Source: an uncultured Candidatus Saccharibacteria bacterium
Lineage (GTDB): Bacteria; Patescibacteriota; Doudnabacteria; UBA920
DNA length: 64,000 bases
NCBI GenBank assembly: GCA_964434195.1
Contig: CAYSUI010000003.1
Coordinates: 26,181 to 90,180, forward strand
Direction of reading: 5' to 3'
A model generated the notes under the pieces. That model ran no database searches. It saw only the letters and a list, made by a program, of their open reading frames with translations, and had not been told where the DNA came from. Below are positions 20,581-30,571 of the stretch, piece after piece. Position 1 is the stretch's first letter. Each line of letters begins with the position of its first letter. Position numbers and translations under genes: made by a program.

Positions 20581-21324
20581 TTATTTTGATTCAGATTTGA
20601 ATCGCCACGAAACCAAAACTAGAAGGAATATAAGCCAAGCAAATAGTACCAAAAAATCTTTCCATATATCATTTAATGAAAAAGGATTGAGGAAGAGCGT
20701 TCTAAGTGAATGGGAAAAATATGTTATCGGTAAGATCTGAGCGATTATATTCAACGCCTTTGGCATCGATTCCACTGGGTAGAATGCACCTCCCAGAAAA
20801 GTCATTGGCAACCCAAAGAGAGCAGTGATTGGGGCGGCTACATCGTAGCTCTTAGCTAAAGTAGAAATAAATAAACCAACTAGCAAGAAGACAAGGCTAC
20901 CTAAAATTACAAAAAACAGAATTGGGATAATATTTAGGTTTACATGCACATCGAAGAATATTACTCCAGCTAGGGTTAGTAATAAGACTTGCGCAAAAGC
21001 AATTATAGTACGAGCGGTTACCACGCTTAATACCAATGTAATTGGATTAATAGGGGTTACTAAAAACCTTTTCACAACCCCTTGTGCTCTTAAATCTACT
21101 AACCAATATGCCAGACCGTATATACCGTTCTGCATTATAGTAAGCGCAATTAAACCCGGGAGTAGAAACTCTGAATATGTAGTCGGAAGAGAAATAAACT
21201 TTTCTATTTTGAATAGAGAAAGAATTATATAGAAACCTAAGGGCATTACGAGTATCCAGAAGAGCGCTTGAGGATATCTATAGATCATTCTTAAATTTGT
21301 TTTGAAAAGTTGGATAAATGACAT
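20581..21324 (-). CDS. ABC-2-type transporter permease
   Basis: Six predicted TM helices. It is immediately downstream of the ABC ATPase, with a 1-bp gap. Confidence 0.7.
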   Translation of the reverse strand: MSFIQLFKTNLRMIYRYPQALFWILVMPLGFYIILSLFKIEKFISLPTTYSEFLLPGLIALTIMQNGIYGLAYWLVDLRAQGVVKRFLVTPINPITLVLSVVTARTIIAFAQVLLLTLAGVIFFDVHVNLNIIPILFFVILGSLVFLLVGLFISTLAKSYDVAAPITALFGLPMTFLGGAFYPVESMPKALNIIAQILPITYFSHSLRTLFLNPFSLNDIWKDFLVLFAWLIFLLVLVSWRFKSESK

Positions 21325-21325
21325 T

Positions 21326-22270
21326 TTAGATTTCGAATTCTTTACCGGTTAAATGTAGATAAACGTCTTCAAGAGTAGCTGTTTTTACTGTAAACGAGCT
21401 AAAAGGAACGTTTTCTCTTTTGAGCAGATCGACTATAGAACCTAAGCAGTCTAAGCTGCTTATTTCTAAAATAATTTTTGGATTGTTTGTGTGAACTTTT
21501 AACACCTGTGGAATAGATTTCCAAAAATCATCATTTAAGATACTTTGAGTTAGGAACGATACCTGGGTCGTACTAGCAAGATTGTTTATAAGATTCTTTG
21601 GTTCACTTACTGTAACTAATTTTCCTTTGTCCATAATAGCTACACGATCGCAAAGAAATTCTGCTTCTTCCATATAATGTGTTGTGAGGATTATGGTTAC
21701 TCCCCTTTTTTGGATACCTTTTATGAGTTCCCAAAGATCTCTTCTTGCTCTTGGATCGAGACCGGTGGTGGGTTCGTCTAAAAACAATATTTCTGGGTCG
21801 TTTACTAATGAGGTGGCAATTGTGAATCTCTGCTTCTGTCCACCGGAAAGGTTTTTTACCACTTCTTCTGCTTTGTCTTCAAGCCCGACAAAATGAAGCA
21901 TCTGCATTGGGTCAATTTTTTTATTGTAAATTGAAGCAAATAAGACCAAGAGCTCACTAAGTGTAATGCTGTGTAAATAACCGCTTTCCTGAAGTTGTAC
22001 ACCTATACGCTTTTTTATATCACCTGCCGATTTATTGATATCTAAACCTAATAAACTTACACTTCCCGCGCTTGCTTCCCTAAGGGTTTCCAGTATTTCT
22101 AAAGTAGTGGTCTTTCCTGCCCCATTAGGACCAAGAATACCAAATACTTCCCCTTTCATAACAGAGAAGGTGATTTTATTTAATGCTTTAAAGACTTTTT
22201 TGACACCAAAAATACTGTTTTTTTGGATGTACTCTTTTTCTAGGTCTAAAACTTCGATAACTTTTTCCAT
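21326..22270 (-). CDS. ABC transporter ATP-binding protein
   Basis: Walker A GPNGAGKTT, signature LSGGQKQR, Walker B ILFLDEPTTGLD. The start is taken at MEKVIEV, preceded by a TTGTCA...TATAAT promoter-like sequence. Confidence 0.85.
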   Translation of the reverse strand: MEKVIEVLDLEKEYIQKNSIFGVKKVFKALNKITFSVMKGEVFGILGPNGAGKTTTLEILETLREASAGSVSLLGLDINKSAGDIKKRIGVQLQESGYLHSITLSELLVLFASIYNKKIDPMQMLHFVGLEDKAEEVVKNLSGGQKQRFTIATSLVNDPEILFLDEPTTGLDPRARRDLWELIKGIQKRGVTIILTTHYMEEAEFLCDRVAIMDKGKLVTVSEPKNLINNLASTTQVSFLTQSILNDDFWKSIPQVLKVHTNNPKIILEISSLDCLGSIVDLLKRENVPFSSFTVKTATLEDVYLHLTGKEFEI

Positions 22271-22381
22271 AGGGTTATTATAACCCGAAAATATTATTGA
22301 CAAGCAAATAGACATTGGATAGTATGCATGGTCAATTGAATGCCCCAAAATTGGCTAAAAATTTCGAAGGAAGGAATACAT

Positions 22382-22777
22382 ATGAGAGAGCGACGTACAG
22401 ATACTAAAGGACGTCGGAAAAATGCTAGACAATGGGGCGAAGACTCAAGTCAGCAAACCCCGAACCATCCACAATCTTTTTTGCTTTTGCAAACATTCAT
22501 TTTTACCATGAAAACCCTCGAAGAGAATGCTGAGCTACATAAAAAACTCGAGGGTTTTGAAAAGTTGCGAGAGGAGAATGCTTCGTTAAGAGCTCAACTT
22601 TTTGAAAAATTAGACCATACTTTTACAAAAAGATTTGCCCTTTTTATTTTCTTTATCGCATTCGTTTTACCTGTACTGATAGGCGTAGGTTATGAGATCT
22701 TTCAGTATTCAATACATAACCTAAGTCCTACTCTGATACAGGCAACGACAAGATTGTTTAGTAAAATTACTCCATGA
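22382..22777 (+). CDS. Hypothetical membrane-anchored coiled-coil protein
   Basis: AAGGAAGG RBS before the ATG at 22382. Basic N-terminus, coiled-coil, then a C-terminal TM helix. Confidence 0.45.
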   Translation: MRERRTDTKGRRKNARQWGEDSSQQTPNHPQSFLLLQTFIFTMKTLEENAELHKKLEGFEKLREENASLRAQLFEKLDHTFTKRFALFIFFIAFVLPVLIGVGYEIFQYSIHNLSPTLIQATTRLFSKITP

Positions 22778-22828
22778 AAATGGAGCTTTTTTATTTCTTA
22801 ATTTCCAGAATAGCCTTATACTCTAGTT

Positions 22829-24109
22829 ATGAATGAAGAAGTTATTCAACAACAAAGTGAGAACCAAATAAATAAACAAAAAGAGAAGTTTATTTTTGGG
22901 GTATCTACCGCTGCCCATCAAGTAGAGGGCGGGAATACTAATGACTGGAGTGCGTGGGAACTTAAGAACGCTAATAGGTTAGCTAAAGAGTCTGCTCATA
23001 AGTTTGAAAAAGTGGTACCAGATTGGGAAGCGATAGAACCTGAAGCAACAGATCCTAAAAACTATATTTCTGGAAATGCGGCTGATCATTACAATAAATT
23101 TATAGAAGACATTGAGATTATGAAATCTCTTGGTGTTGATGCTTACCGTTTCTCTATTGAATGGTCCCGCATAGAACCCACAGAAGGTAAATGGGATGAA
23201 AGAGAAATACAGCATTACTTTGAAGTACTAGACAAGCTGAAAGAAGTGGGAATAACCCCCTGGGTAACTCTATGGCATAGAACGAACCCTTTATGGATTA
23301 GAGATATAGGTGACTGGTCAAATAGTAAAACAGTAGATTATTACTTAAGATTTGTAGAGAAGATGGTACAGACTTACCGGGGGAGAGTTAAGCACTGGAT
23401 GACTCTAAATGAACCGATTATGAGCCTTGGCGGGGGTTACCTTACAGGTGAATATCCCCCAAATAAAAAGAACCCTATTACTGCGTATAAGGTACTGAAA
23501 AATTTTGCGATAGCGCATAATAAAGCGTACAAGCTTATACATACTTATCAGGAAGACGCCTTTGTGGGCATACCGCACGCTGGTTTTTATTTGGAAGCTT
23601 TCGAAGATAAATTAGTGAACAGACTTACGGTGAAGCTGGGCCACTATTTAGCTAATTGGTTGTTTCTAGACAAGCTCGTGGGTAATTTAGATTTCATAGG
23701 AGTACAGTATTATACCCGAGGGATAGTAGATTGGTTCAAACAAGTACCTGGTCCAGGCGAAAAAACAGATATGGGTTGGGAAGTCTATCCAATAGGCCTT
23801 AGAAAATTTATGGAGATAGCATGGAGAAGATACCATATACCAATGATAGTAACTGAGAATGGTGTGACTGATAGTAAAGATAGAATAAGAGCCAAAGCAA
23901 TCGAGGATCACGTTAGTCAGATTATGAAGGCTAGAGAGGAAGGAATAGATGTGAGGGGATATTTTTATTGGTCCTTACTTGATAATCTTGAATGGGATAA
24001 AGGATTCTGGCCAAAGTTTGGACTAGTTGAGGTGGACAGAATTAATATGCATAGAACCGTTAGACCAAGCGCGCAAAAGTATAAGGAAATAATAAAAAAA
24101 ATCCCTTAA
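22829..24109 (+). CDS. Glycoside hydrolase family 1 (beta-glucosidase or beta-galactosidase)
   Basis: TLNEP (acid/base Glu) and IVTENG (nucleophile Glu) motifs at the canonical spacing. 426 aa. Confidence 0.85.
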   Translation: MNEEVIQQQSENQINKQKEKFIFGVSTAAHQVEGGNTNDWSAWELKNANRLAKESAHKFEKVVPDWEAIEPEATDPKNYISGNAADHYNKFIEDIEIMKSLGVDAYRFSIEWSRIEPTEGKWDEREIQHYFEVLDKLKEVGITPWVTLWHRTNPLWIRDIGDWSNSKTVDYYLRFVEKMVQTYRGRVKHWMTLNEPIMSLGGGYLTGEYPPNKKNPITAYKVLKNFAIAHNKAYKLIHTYQEDAFVGIPHAGFYLEAFEDKLVNRLTVKLGHYLANWLFLDKLVGNLDFIGVQYYTRGIVDWFKQVPGPGEKTDMGWEVYPIGLRKFMEIAWRRYHIPMIVTENGVTDSKDRIRAKAIEDHVSQIMKAREEGIDVRGYFYWSLLDNLEWDKGFWPKFGLVEVDRINMHRTVRPSAQKYKEIIKKIP

Positions 24110-24125
24110 AAGGAATTTGCGAAGC

Positions 24126-24698
24126 TTATTTTTGAAAGCTCTCTACATACTGACGAACTTTGAATAAAACGAAAACCGTGTATCCGGTTAGAGCAACAAG
24201 AGTGGCCCAGGGTATCCAGACTCTAGACCAGTATGTATTCACTCTGTACATAAGAAACCCAAGAGTAAACAGATAACATAGAGCCATTAAGCTATTGGTT
24301 AGTGGTGTAGAAAGTTTTCTTAAAGGATTAGTAAATTTTCTCTGCTCATAAGTGTTTACTAACTTTGCTCGCTTTTCTATACTTCTGATCTCTGCGGCGT
24401 TCTTGTGAATTGTGGTTTCAAGATGCATCCAGAATCCAACACCAGAGAAAAACGTTAGAATTGCGAGCAGTGAAAGCATTTGAGTGAAACGAACCAGATC
24501 AGCCGAATAAGGACTTAACACCCCTCCTGAAACAGAGACTAAGCAAGCCACTTGCCATACAATCTCTCCTAGAATTACGAATCCCATCATAACCATCCCA
24601 GTGAGGACGATAATGGGCATGTATGAGGCATTGGCAGTATCTGTTTCAAAGTTTAAATGATGATATGTTTCGAGTTCATATGGATCTAACATAAACAA
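24126..24698 (-). CDS. Hypothetical membrane protein
   Basis: Four to five hydrophobic helices. No motif. Confidence 0.5.
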   Translation of the reverse strand: MFMLDPYELETYHHLNFETDTANASYMPIIVLTGMVMMGFVILGEIVWQVACLVSVSGGVLSPYSADLVRFTQMLSLLAILTFFSGVGFWMHLETTIHKNAAEIRSIEKRAKLVNTYEQRKFTNPLRKLSTPLTNSLMALCYLFTLGFLMYRVNTYWSRVWIPWATLVALTGYTVFVLFKVRQYVESFQK

Positions 24699-24843
24699 CC
24701 TCCTTTGGTGTTTGGAAGATAAGATTACTTTACGGTCTCTAACTTTGCAAACTTTGCAAATTCAGAAAATATCGGAGCTAGAGAATTTAAGAACCAAAAG
24801 AGCATTCTAAATTCTAGAATGCTCTTTTTATTTATTGGTATTT

Positions 24844-26298
24844 TTAGATTTGCTCAATTCTGTAAACAACTATAGAAATATTATCTCCTAGATCGCGTCC
24901 TCTTTGCTGAGAGTAGGCCTCCATTTCGTCTTTTGCTAGTCTACCGATACTTGTAAGAATTTTGGATGGGTCTTTTAAAGCACTTACTGAATCCCCTATC
25001 ACTTTAAGTGAATCACCGGGATATGCTTCTCCTAGAAACTTATACAACCCATCAGAAGCTACTACAATGGTGTCCCCTATTTGTAGGCGTATACTTTTTC
25101 GGGTTAGCTCTGGGTTTTCCCCTGCAATAATAGCATTTGTAACCGCACCTACTTCATCTACCTCGTCGACACTTTCGTATAAAACACCACCTTCTCTGTT
25201 ATAAACCACTAACTTTACGTCACCAGCTTGAATGTAATTTAAAGTTCCGTTTTCTATTTTCACACCGATCATACAGGCTGCCGGAGGTTCGGATCCATAG
25301 TATTCCATACTTAACGCCGCATCGGTAAGAGCGGTCACTGAATCCTTGTTCCCTTCTAGCCACTCATTAATTCCCCTTCCGGCTATCTCCGCCATTTTTT
25401 CGCCGTCTTCTCTACCACCCACACCATCTATTACACCGAAGCCGTTTTGCCTCAAATTAAGGACAGTTCGGTCCTGGTTTTCTTTGTATTTGCTCATACC
25501 TCCTATGTCTGAACAGGCTGCTATTGGGCCGTTTAACCCTGTGGATTTGTATGGAGACTCTACTGGATTTTTAATAAATGCCCCGCCTGGTAGATCCTCT
25601 TTTTCTGGTGACACTGGTAATTGCCCTTCTTTGGGACCATAGGATTTTAAAATTTGTTTGGCTATTTTTGTATATGTGTATTGCGAACCATATATGTCAT
25701 TTAGAAATTCTTCCAGACTTGTTTCGTACTGTTTTAATTTTACCTCCTCTACTCTTCCACTGAGTTTCTCTAAAAATACATCTGCCACTTCCCTGGCTTG
25801 ATTAGCAGTCGGGTATTTATTGAAGAACTCTTTGCACGCCTCTTGATCTATTTTATCCCTATCCTCCAAGAGTTCATTTATTAACCTTACTTGATCATCT
25901 TCCTCTTTACTGAATTTTTTGTCGTAATGGTTTTTATAAGCACCAAAGGTCAGAAAAGTTTTGTACTGTTTTCTTAAACCTTCGGTTTTAGACTCAAAAT
26001 TTTTCCATAAAGCTATATAATTACCACTTTCTTGGGCCTTATCTAGCTCTTCGCTAACTTTAATGTTATTCACTAATTCCATGATGTGTTCTTCGGTGAT
26101 ACGCCCTGTACGAATTAAGTCCAATACATACTCAATATTATTACTATCTAGGCTCCAGTCAGGGTTATCTCTCGCTGATATCGCAAAAAACTGAGGATTA
26201 TTCATTCGAAGGGCGGCGAGCAACTTCTGCTCCCTAAAACCCATGTGCTTTTGCTGAGGCTCCTTGGAAAAAACAGATTCGTATTCGTAAGGTTTCAT
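24844..26298 (-). CDS. PP2C-family Ser/Thr phosphatase fused to an unknown N-terminal domain of about 270 aa
   Basis: C-terminal GVIDGVGG...VVASDGLYKFLG blocks, as in PP2C metal-binding motifs. The start is chosen at MKPYEY (26298). The track extension to 26370 overlaps a GC-rich structured element and looks non-protein-like, so the start is uncertain. Confidence 0.6.
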   Translation of the reverse strand: MKPYEYESVFSKEPQQKHMGFREQKLLAALRMNNPQFFAISARDNPDWSLDSNNIEYVLDLIRTGRITEEHIMELVNNIKVSEELDKAQESGNYIALWKNFESKTEGLRKQYKTFLTFGAYKNHYDKKFSKEEDDQVRLINELLEDRDKIDQEACKEFFNKYPTANQAREVADVFLEKLSGRVEEVKLKQYETSLEEFLNDIYGSQYTYTKIAKQILKSYGPKEGQLPVSPEKEDLPGGAFIKNPVESPYKSTGLNGPIAACSDIGGMSKYKENQDRTVLNLRQNGFGVIDGVGGREDGEKMAEIAGRGINEWLEGNKDSVTALTDAALSMEYYGSEPPAACMIGVKIENGTLNYIQAGDVKLVVYNREGGVLYESVDEVDEVGAVTNAIIAGENPELTRKSIRLQIGDTIVVASDGLYKFLGEAYPGDSLKVIGDSVSALKDPSKILTSIGRLAKDEMEAYSQQRGRDLGDNISIVVYRIEQI

Positions 26299-26330
26299 AC
26301 AATTTATATTATCAAGGAAAGACACAAAAT

Positions 26331-26475
26331 GAAAAACCTCGGGGCAAGCCCACGAGGTATCGAATCTCATGTGTCATTCCCGAGAAGTCGGGAATCCATG
26401 CGCTTGAATCTCATGGATCCCCGCATGCGCGAGGATGACAACACAGCGGGGCAAGCCCCGGGGTATTAACCCTAA
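26331..26475 (-). promoter_or_regulatory. GC-rich structured leader or ncRNA candidate, ending in an intrinsic terminator just 5-prime of the PP2C gene
   Basis: About 60% GC over 145 nt, against roughly 40% for the flanks. Internal direct repeats (GGGGCAAGCCC twice, GAATCTCATG twice). Hairpins ATTCCCGA-gaag-TCGGGAAT and CATGCGC...GCATGCGC. On the minus strand the last hairpin is CCUCGUGGGCuuGCCCCGAGG followed by UUUUUCAUUUU. Confidence 0.5.
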
Positions 26476-26484
26476 CAGAGATAA

Positions 26485-26510
26485 TAAAAAAAAGTAGCAG
26501 TTTGCTACTT
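26485..26510 (-). terminator. Intrinsic terminator of the 414-aa gene
   Basis: Minus strand reads AGTAGCA-aac-TGCTACT followed by T9. Confidence 0.8.
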
Positions 26511-26512
26511 TG

Positions 26513-27757
26513 TTAACTTAGAATCCTATTTAACCAGTCGATGTGGGCAGAAAAAAGATCTGCATGTACTTTAGGGACACTTGCGTCATGGGTACTAATA
26601 CTCAGTACTTTCCAACAAGATTGAATCGTTGAATAAATGAGATGATGCTCATTATCCTGTGCTCGAAAAACCTGCGAACTTCCGAGGTCCATCTTTGGGA
26701 AGTATTTGGTGCCCACAAAGTTAACTCCAGAATCTGGAATAGGGAGACTGCCATTGGAATACCTTAGTATCGCATGTAGACTCTCGCCTAACATTTTGGC
26801 AATTATCTCCTCAGGAAGATCCGATCTTGATGGGAAACAACCAGGACTTACCAGTATTTGTGTAAACTCTGATAAAAATTGAGTTGCATTTTGAAATGCA
26901 GATTTTCTTACAGGTCCATAGTAATTTTCTTTTCCTATTTTTGTTAGGAACTCAAGGGTGTGATTGAGGCTCTGGGGTATGCGCAGTATAACCCTTGATT
27001 CTACTCCTTCTGAAACCTTCTGAAGCCTTGCGACCCAAAGTCCAGTCTCAAGTCTTATGGAGCTGTTAATTTCCATGCCTGGAAAAATACTTGGATTATT
27101 ACAAACCGCATGGAGGGCCTGTAAGTAAAAAGGTGCCAGAGGTGTCAGTTGACCAGACAAGGAAATACCACCTTGAATTTGTGCTTCTTCAGAAATGGCA
27201 TTAACTAAACCAGAGAAGGTATCGAAACTCTTTGTGCTTTCCCTACCCTGAGAAAAGAAAAAGTTGTTTTGTACGGAATTAAACCCTGTGACAAGATAAC
27301 TCTTGCCAACTTTCAAAATACAACTAACCGAAGACTCGTCCTTATGAGCTACCAGGATGGCTGGTCCGCCATTATTACAAGTAGCGTTTAGAGACGCCTG
27401 AATTAGTTCACAGGCAGATAGGAAATCCCTTTCAGCATATGAGTATACTGTCTCTGCGCAATGATCTCCTCTTAACCAACAGTTTATTACTTCAGCAATA
27501 AACTTTGGAGATGCGTGTGAACTACTCCCAGCTATAGCTTTCATATCTTTAGAAAGCAATACTAGCGCTACACCACTCCCCGCCTGCTTGAGAACTAGAT
27601 AATATTCAATTATTCCTTGCTTCTTCAGCGAACAAACTATTGAGTCTTTTATTTTACCAAATGGTGACTCTGTTATTTCGAAACCAGAAAGTGCTGGTGT
27701 AAACTTTTTGACTTTTTCCACCTGCATAATAAGCGCTAACACTAAGTTCTTTAGCAT
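26513..27757 (-). CDS. Hypothetical protein, 414 aa
   Basis: A long ORF with no recognised motif. It is not kinase-like. Confidence 0.5.
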   Translation of the reverse strand: MLKNLVLALIMQVEKVKKFTPALSGFEITESPFGKIKDSIVCSLKKQGIIEYYLVLKQAGSGVALVLLSKDMKAIAGSSSHASPKFIAEVINCWLRGDHCAETVYSYAERDFLSACELIQASLNATCNNGGPAILVAHKDESSVSCILKVGKSYLVTGFNSVQNNFFFSQGRESTKSFDTFSGLVNAISEEAQIQGGISLSGQLTPLAPFYLQALHAVCNNPSIFPGMEINSSIRLETGLWVARLQKVSEGVESRVILRIPQSLNHTLEFLTKIGKENYYGPVRKSAFQNATQFLSEFTQILVSPGCFPSRSDLPEEIIAKMLGESLHAILRYSNGSLPIPDSGVNFVGTKYFPKMDLGSSQVFRAQDNEHHLIYSTIQSCWKVLSISTHDASVPKVHADLFSAHIDWLNRILS

Positions 27758-27858
27758 TTTTTCCTCCGTAATTCATGGTTTTTTCAAAAGAACATATTAA
27801 AGAAATATAACCATATTGTCTACTACTCCGAGCTTATTTCGTCTATAATGGTAGATAT

Positions 27859-29934
27859 ATGAAGGACTCAAAGTTTGTGCTTAAAAGCCCCTGGCCACCT
27901 GCCGGGGATCAACCTAAGGCAATAGAGGGATTAGTAAAGTCTATTAAGTCTGACAATAAACACCAGACTCTTCTTGGTGTTACTGGGAGTGGAAAGACTT
28001 TCACAATGTCTGCTGTAGTTAACGAGATACAAAGACCAACTTTGGTTATTTGCCACAATAAAACCTTAGCGGCGCAACTTGCTAGTGAATTTCAGGAATT
28101 TTTCCCTGATAATGCTGTTCATTATTTTGTTTCGTATTATGACTACTACCAGCCTGAGGCTTATATCCCCCGCTCAGATACCTTTATAGAAAAAGAAACT
28201 CAAATTAACGAAGAGATAGACCGCCTTAGAAATGCGGCGACACAGAGTTTGCTTTCTAGAAGAGATGTCCTAATAGTCGCGTCTGTATCGTGTATTTATG
28301 GCTTGGGTAACCCGGGCGATTACGAAAACCTTTCTTTCGACTTAGAAGTTGGAAAGAGTTTTAGACGAGATAAATTGCTTAGAAGACTGACCGACTTACA
28401 GTTCGGTAGGAATGACTATGAATTAAAGCGCGGTACTTTTAGAATTCAAGGAGATACATTAGAAATAAATTTAGCTTCAGAAGATACGGTTGTTAGGGTA
28501 AGTTTTTTTGGTGATGAAATAGAGAAAATTGAAAGACGAGACATGCTCACGGGAGATATATTGGATGAGATGAATAAAATAACTGTTTTCCCTGCCAAAC
28601 ATTTTGTGGCTTCGGAAGAGAAAGTACATGAAGCGATTGAAAAAATAAGAGCAGAATTAAGAGATAGACTTAAAGAGCTAAAAAAGCAGGGAAAAATTTT
28701 AGAAGCTGCTAGGTTGGAACAAAGAACAAATTTCGATATAGAAATGCTATCTAACACTGGTTTTGTAGCGGGTATTGAAAACTACTCTAGACATATTGAT
28801 GGCAGAAATGCAGGCGATCCCCCATCGACCCTTATTGATTATTTTCCGGATGACTTTATTTTGTTTGTTGATGAATCCCACCAAACAATCCCGCAAATAA
28901 ACGGCATGTATAATGGCGACAGAGCTAGAAAAACAACATTGGTAGATTATGGTTTTAGACTCCCTTCGGCATTAGATAATAGACCACTTACTTTTACTGA
29001 GTTTGAGGGAAAAATTACTCAAGTGGTATATGTATCGGCAACTCCGGCAGCTTATGAGATTAGAAAATCTCTTGAAGAAAATGAGATTGTGAAGAATAGA
29101 GAATTTAGAATAAAGAATAAAGAAAAGAAACAGAAAACAGTTCCTACTTCTACTGTTGTGGAGCAAATTATAAGACCGACTGGGTTAGTTGACCCAACAA
29201 TAGAAATAAAACCTATTGAACATCAGGTTGATGATCTGCTTGAACAGATTAAAGAGCGAGTCTCTAAGAATGAAAGGGTTCTAGTTACGACCCTGACTAA
29301 GAAAATGTCTGAAGAACTAACTGAGTATTTGAAAGAGTCCAATATAAAAGTCCAGTATTTGCATTCGGAAGTTGAAACCTTCGATAGACTGGAGATTCTA
29401 AGAGATTTAAGACTCGGCGTATTTGATGTAGTAGTGGGAATTAACTTGCTTAGAGAAGGGTTGGACTTACCAGAAGTTTCTTTAGTGGCAATTCTGGATG
29501 CAGACAAGGAGGGATTTCTTAGAAGCGAAACAGCATTTATGCAAATTATAGGAAGGGCTGCTAGGCATATAAACGGTCACGTAATAATGTACGCAGATAG
29601 AATGACGCGCAGTATGGAGGCGGCTATTAAGGAAACCGAAAGAAGAAGGAATATTCAGATAGCATACAACAAGAAGCATGGAATTACTCCGAAGACTATC
29701 ATAAAGAAAATTCAAGAAAACAGACTCGCTGGGTCTAAGGTGGAATACGACAAAGCAGTGGACCCAGATAAGCCGATAGACGTTTCTAGGATGGATGAGA
29801 AAGAGTTTAAATTTTATACAGAAGAACTTAAGGACCAAATGGAAATGGCGGCGAAGAATTTGGAATTTGAACTTGCGGCAAGATTAAGAGATAAACTGGG
29901 TGAAATAAAAAAACTGAGAAAGATTGGGAAATAG
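27859..29934 (+). CDS. uvrB: Excinuclease ABC subunit B
   Basis: N-terminal PAGDQP, Walker [11 protein letters not shown], helicase motifs, and the C-terminal UVR domain ([17 protein letters not shown]). Confidence 0.95.
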   Translation: MKDSKFVLKSPWPPAGDQPKAIEGLVKSIKSDNKHQTLLGVTGSGKTFTMSAVVNEIQRPTLVICHNKTLAAQLASEFQEFFPDNAVHYFVSYYDYYQPEAYIPRSDTFIEKETQINEEIDRLRNAATQSLLSRRDVLIVASVSCIYGLGNPGDYENLSFDLEVGKSFRRDKLLRRLTDLQFGRNDYELKRGTFRIQGDTLEINLASEDTVVRVSFFGDEIEKIERRDMLTGDILDEMNKITVFPAKHFVASEEKVHEAIEKIRAELRDRLKELKKQGKILEAARLEQRTNFDIEMLSNTGFVAGIENYSRHIDGRNAGDPPSTLIDYFPDDFILFVDESHQTIPQINGMYNGDRARKTTLVDYGFRLPSALDNRPLTFTEFEGKITQVVYVSATPAAYEIRKSLEENEIVKNREFRIKNKEKKQKTVPTSTVVEQIIRPTGLVDPTIEIKPIEHQVDDLLEQIKERVSKNERVLVTTLTKKMSEELTEYLKESNIKVQYLHSEVETFDRLEILRDLRLGVFDVVVGINLLREGLDLPEVSLVAILDADKEGFLRSETAFMQIIGRAARHINGHVIMYADRMTRSMEAAIKETERRRNIQIAYNKKHGITPKTIIKKIQENRLAGSKVEYDKAVDPDKPIDVSRMDEKEFKFYTEELKDQMEMAAKNLEFELAARLRDKLGEIKKLRKIGK

Positions 29935-29967
29935 ATCTCACACTGTATTTAGTGAGGGATAAAAAAT

Positions 29968-29992
29968 AGCAGAGCTTGGCTCTGCTTTTTTA
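29968..29992 (+). terminator. Bidirectional intrinsic terminator
   Basis: GCAGAGC-ttg-GCTCTGC followed by T6. A-rich upstream for the convergent gene. Confidence 0.8.
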
Positions 29993-29999
29993 TATGTTG

Positions 30000-30398
30000 C
30001 TAAATAACTCTTGGGACGGCGACAAGTATCGCTGGAGACAGCGAATACTCCATTGACTTGCGGAGTAGCGTGGCCCAAAGAGAGTCGTAGTCATCGTGGG
30101 TAGTAACGTCTACCGGCATATTGCTCTTTGAGCGAGTAAATACGATGGATGTTCCATCTGCCAAATTCAGATGACAGTATGGGAGACCTTCTGTTATTTC
30201 GAACTTTGCGTCTTCGGTCTCAAGCCCTAGCCAAAAAATGTCCCAGGCGGAGTCTTCACCAAAGCCGCGGAGGCAGATTTTTTTTCCCCCAGGATTTAGT
30301 CCTCTATCTACATCTACGACCAGATTCTTGCAGTTCACTAAAACTTTCCTACCACCGTGCGTTAAGAGAACTTTGTGTAAGTTTGAAATGAGTTGCAT
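30000..30398 (-). CDS. Hypothetical protein, 132 aa
   Basis: ORF with mildly elevated GC. Divergent from the 225-aa gene across an AT-rich promoter region. Confidence 0.45.
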   Translation of the reverse strand: MQLISNLHKVLLTHGGRKVLVNCKNLVVDVDRGLNPGGKKICLRGFGEDSAWDIFWLGLETEDAKFEITEGLPYCHLNLADGTSIVFTRSKSNMPVDVTTHDDYDSLWATLLRKSMEYSLSPAILVAVPRVI

Positions 30399-30571
30399 TG
30401 CATTCTCCTTCTTCGATTTTTTTGAAAAAAGTAAATTTAATAATACAATATTTTTTACTTTTAGTCAATATAGCAACGAGTATAAATATTTTAAATATTG
30501 ACAGAATAAATAATTTATGCTTAAATATATACTTACGCTAATAATCCATTTTGAATTTACGGAGGTAGATT

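Noticed and set aside
24730-24760. Direct repeat ACTTTGCAAACTTTGCAAA as a possible regulatory or mobile-element repeat
   Set aside because: It is a single short duplicated 9-mer in an AT-rich spacer next to a terminator, with no flanking inverted repeats or target-site-duplication pattern.
26299-26370. N-terminal extension of the PP2C ORF (MRFDTSWACPEVFHFVSFLDNINC) and the plus-strand 74-aa ORF at 26245..26469
   Set aside because: Both run through the GC-rich hairpin-dense element. The encoded peptides are Trp/Cys-rich and non-protein-like. Neither start has an SD. The structured-RNA interpretation is preferred, though the true start remains uncertain.
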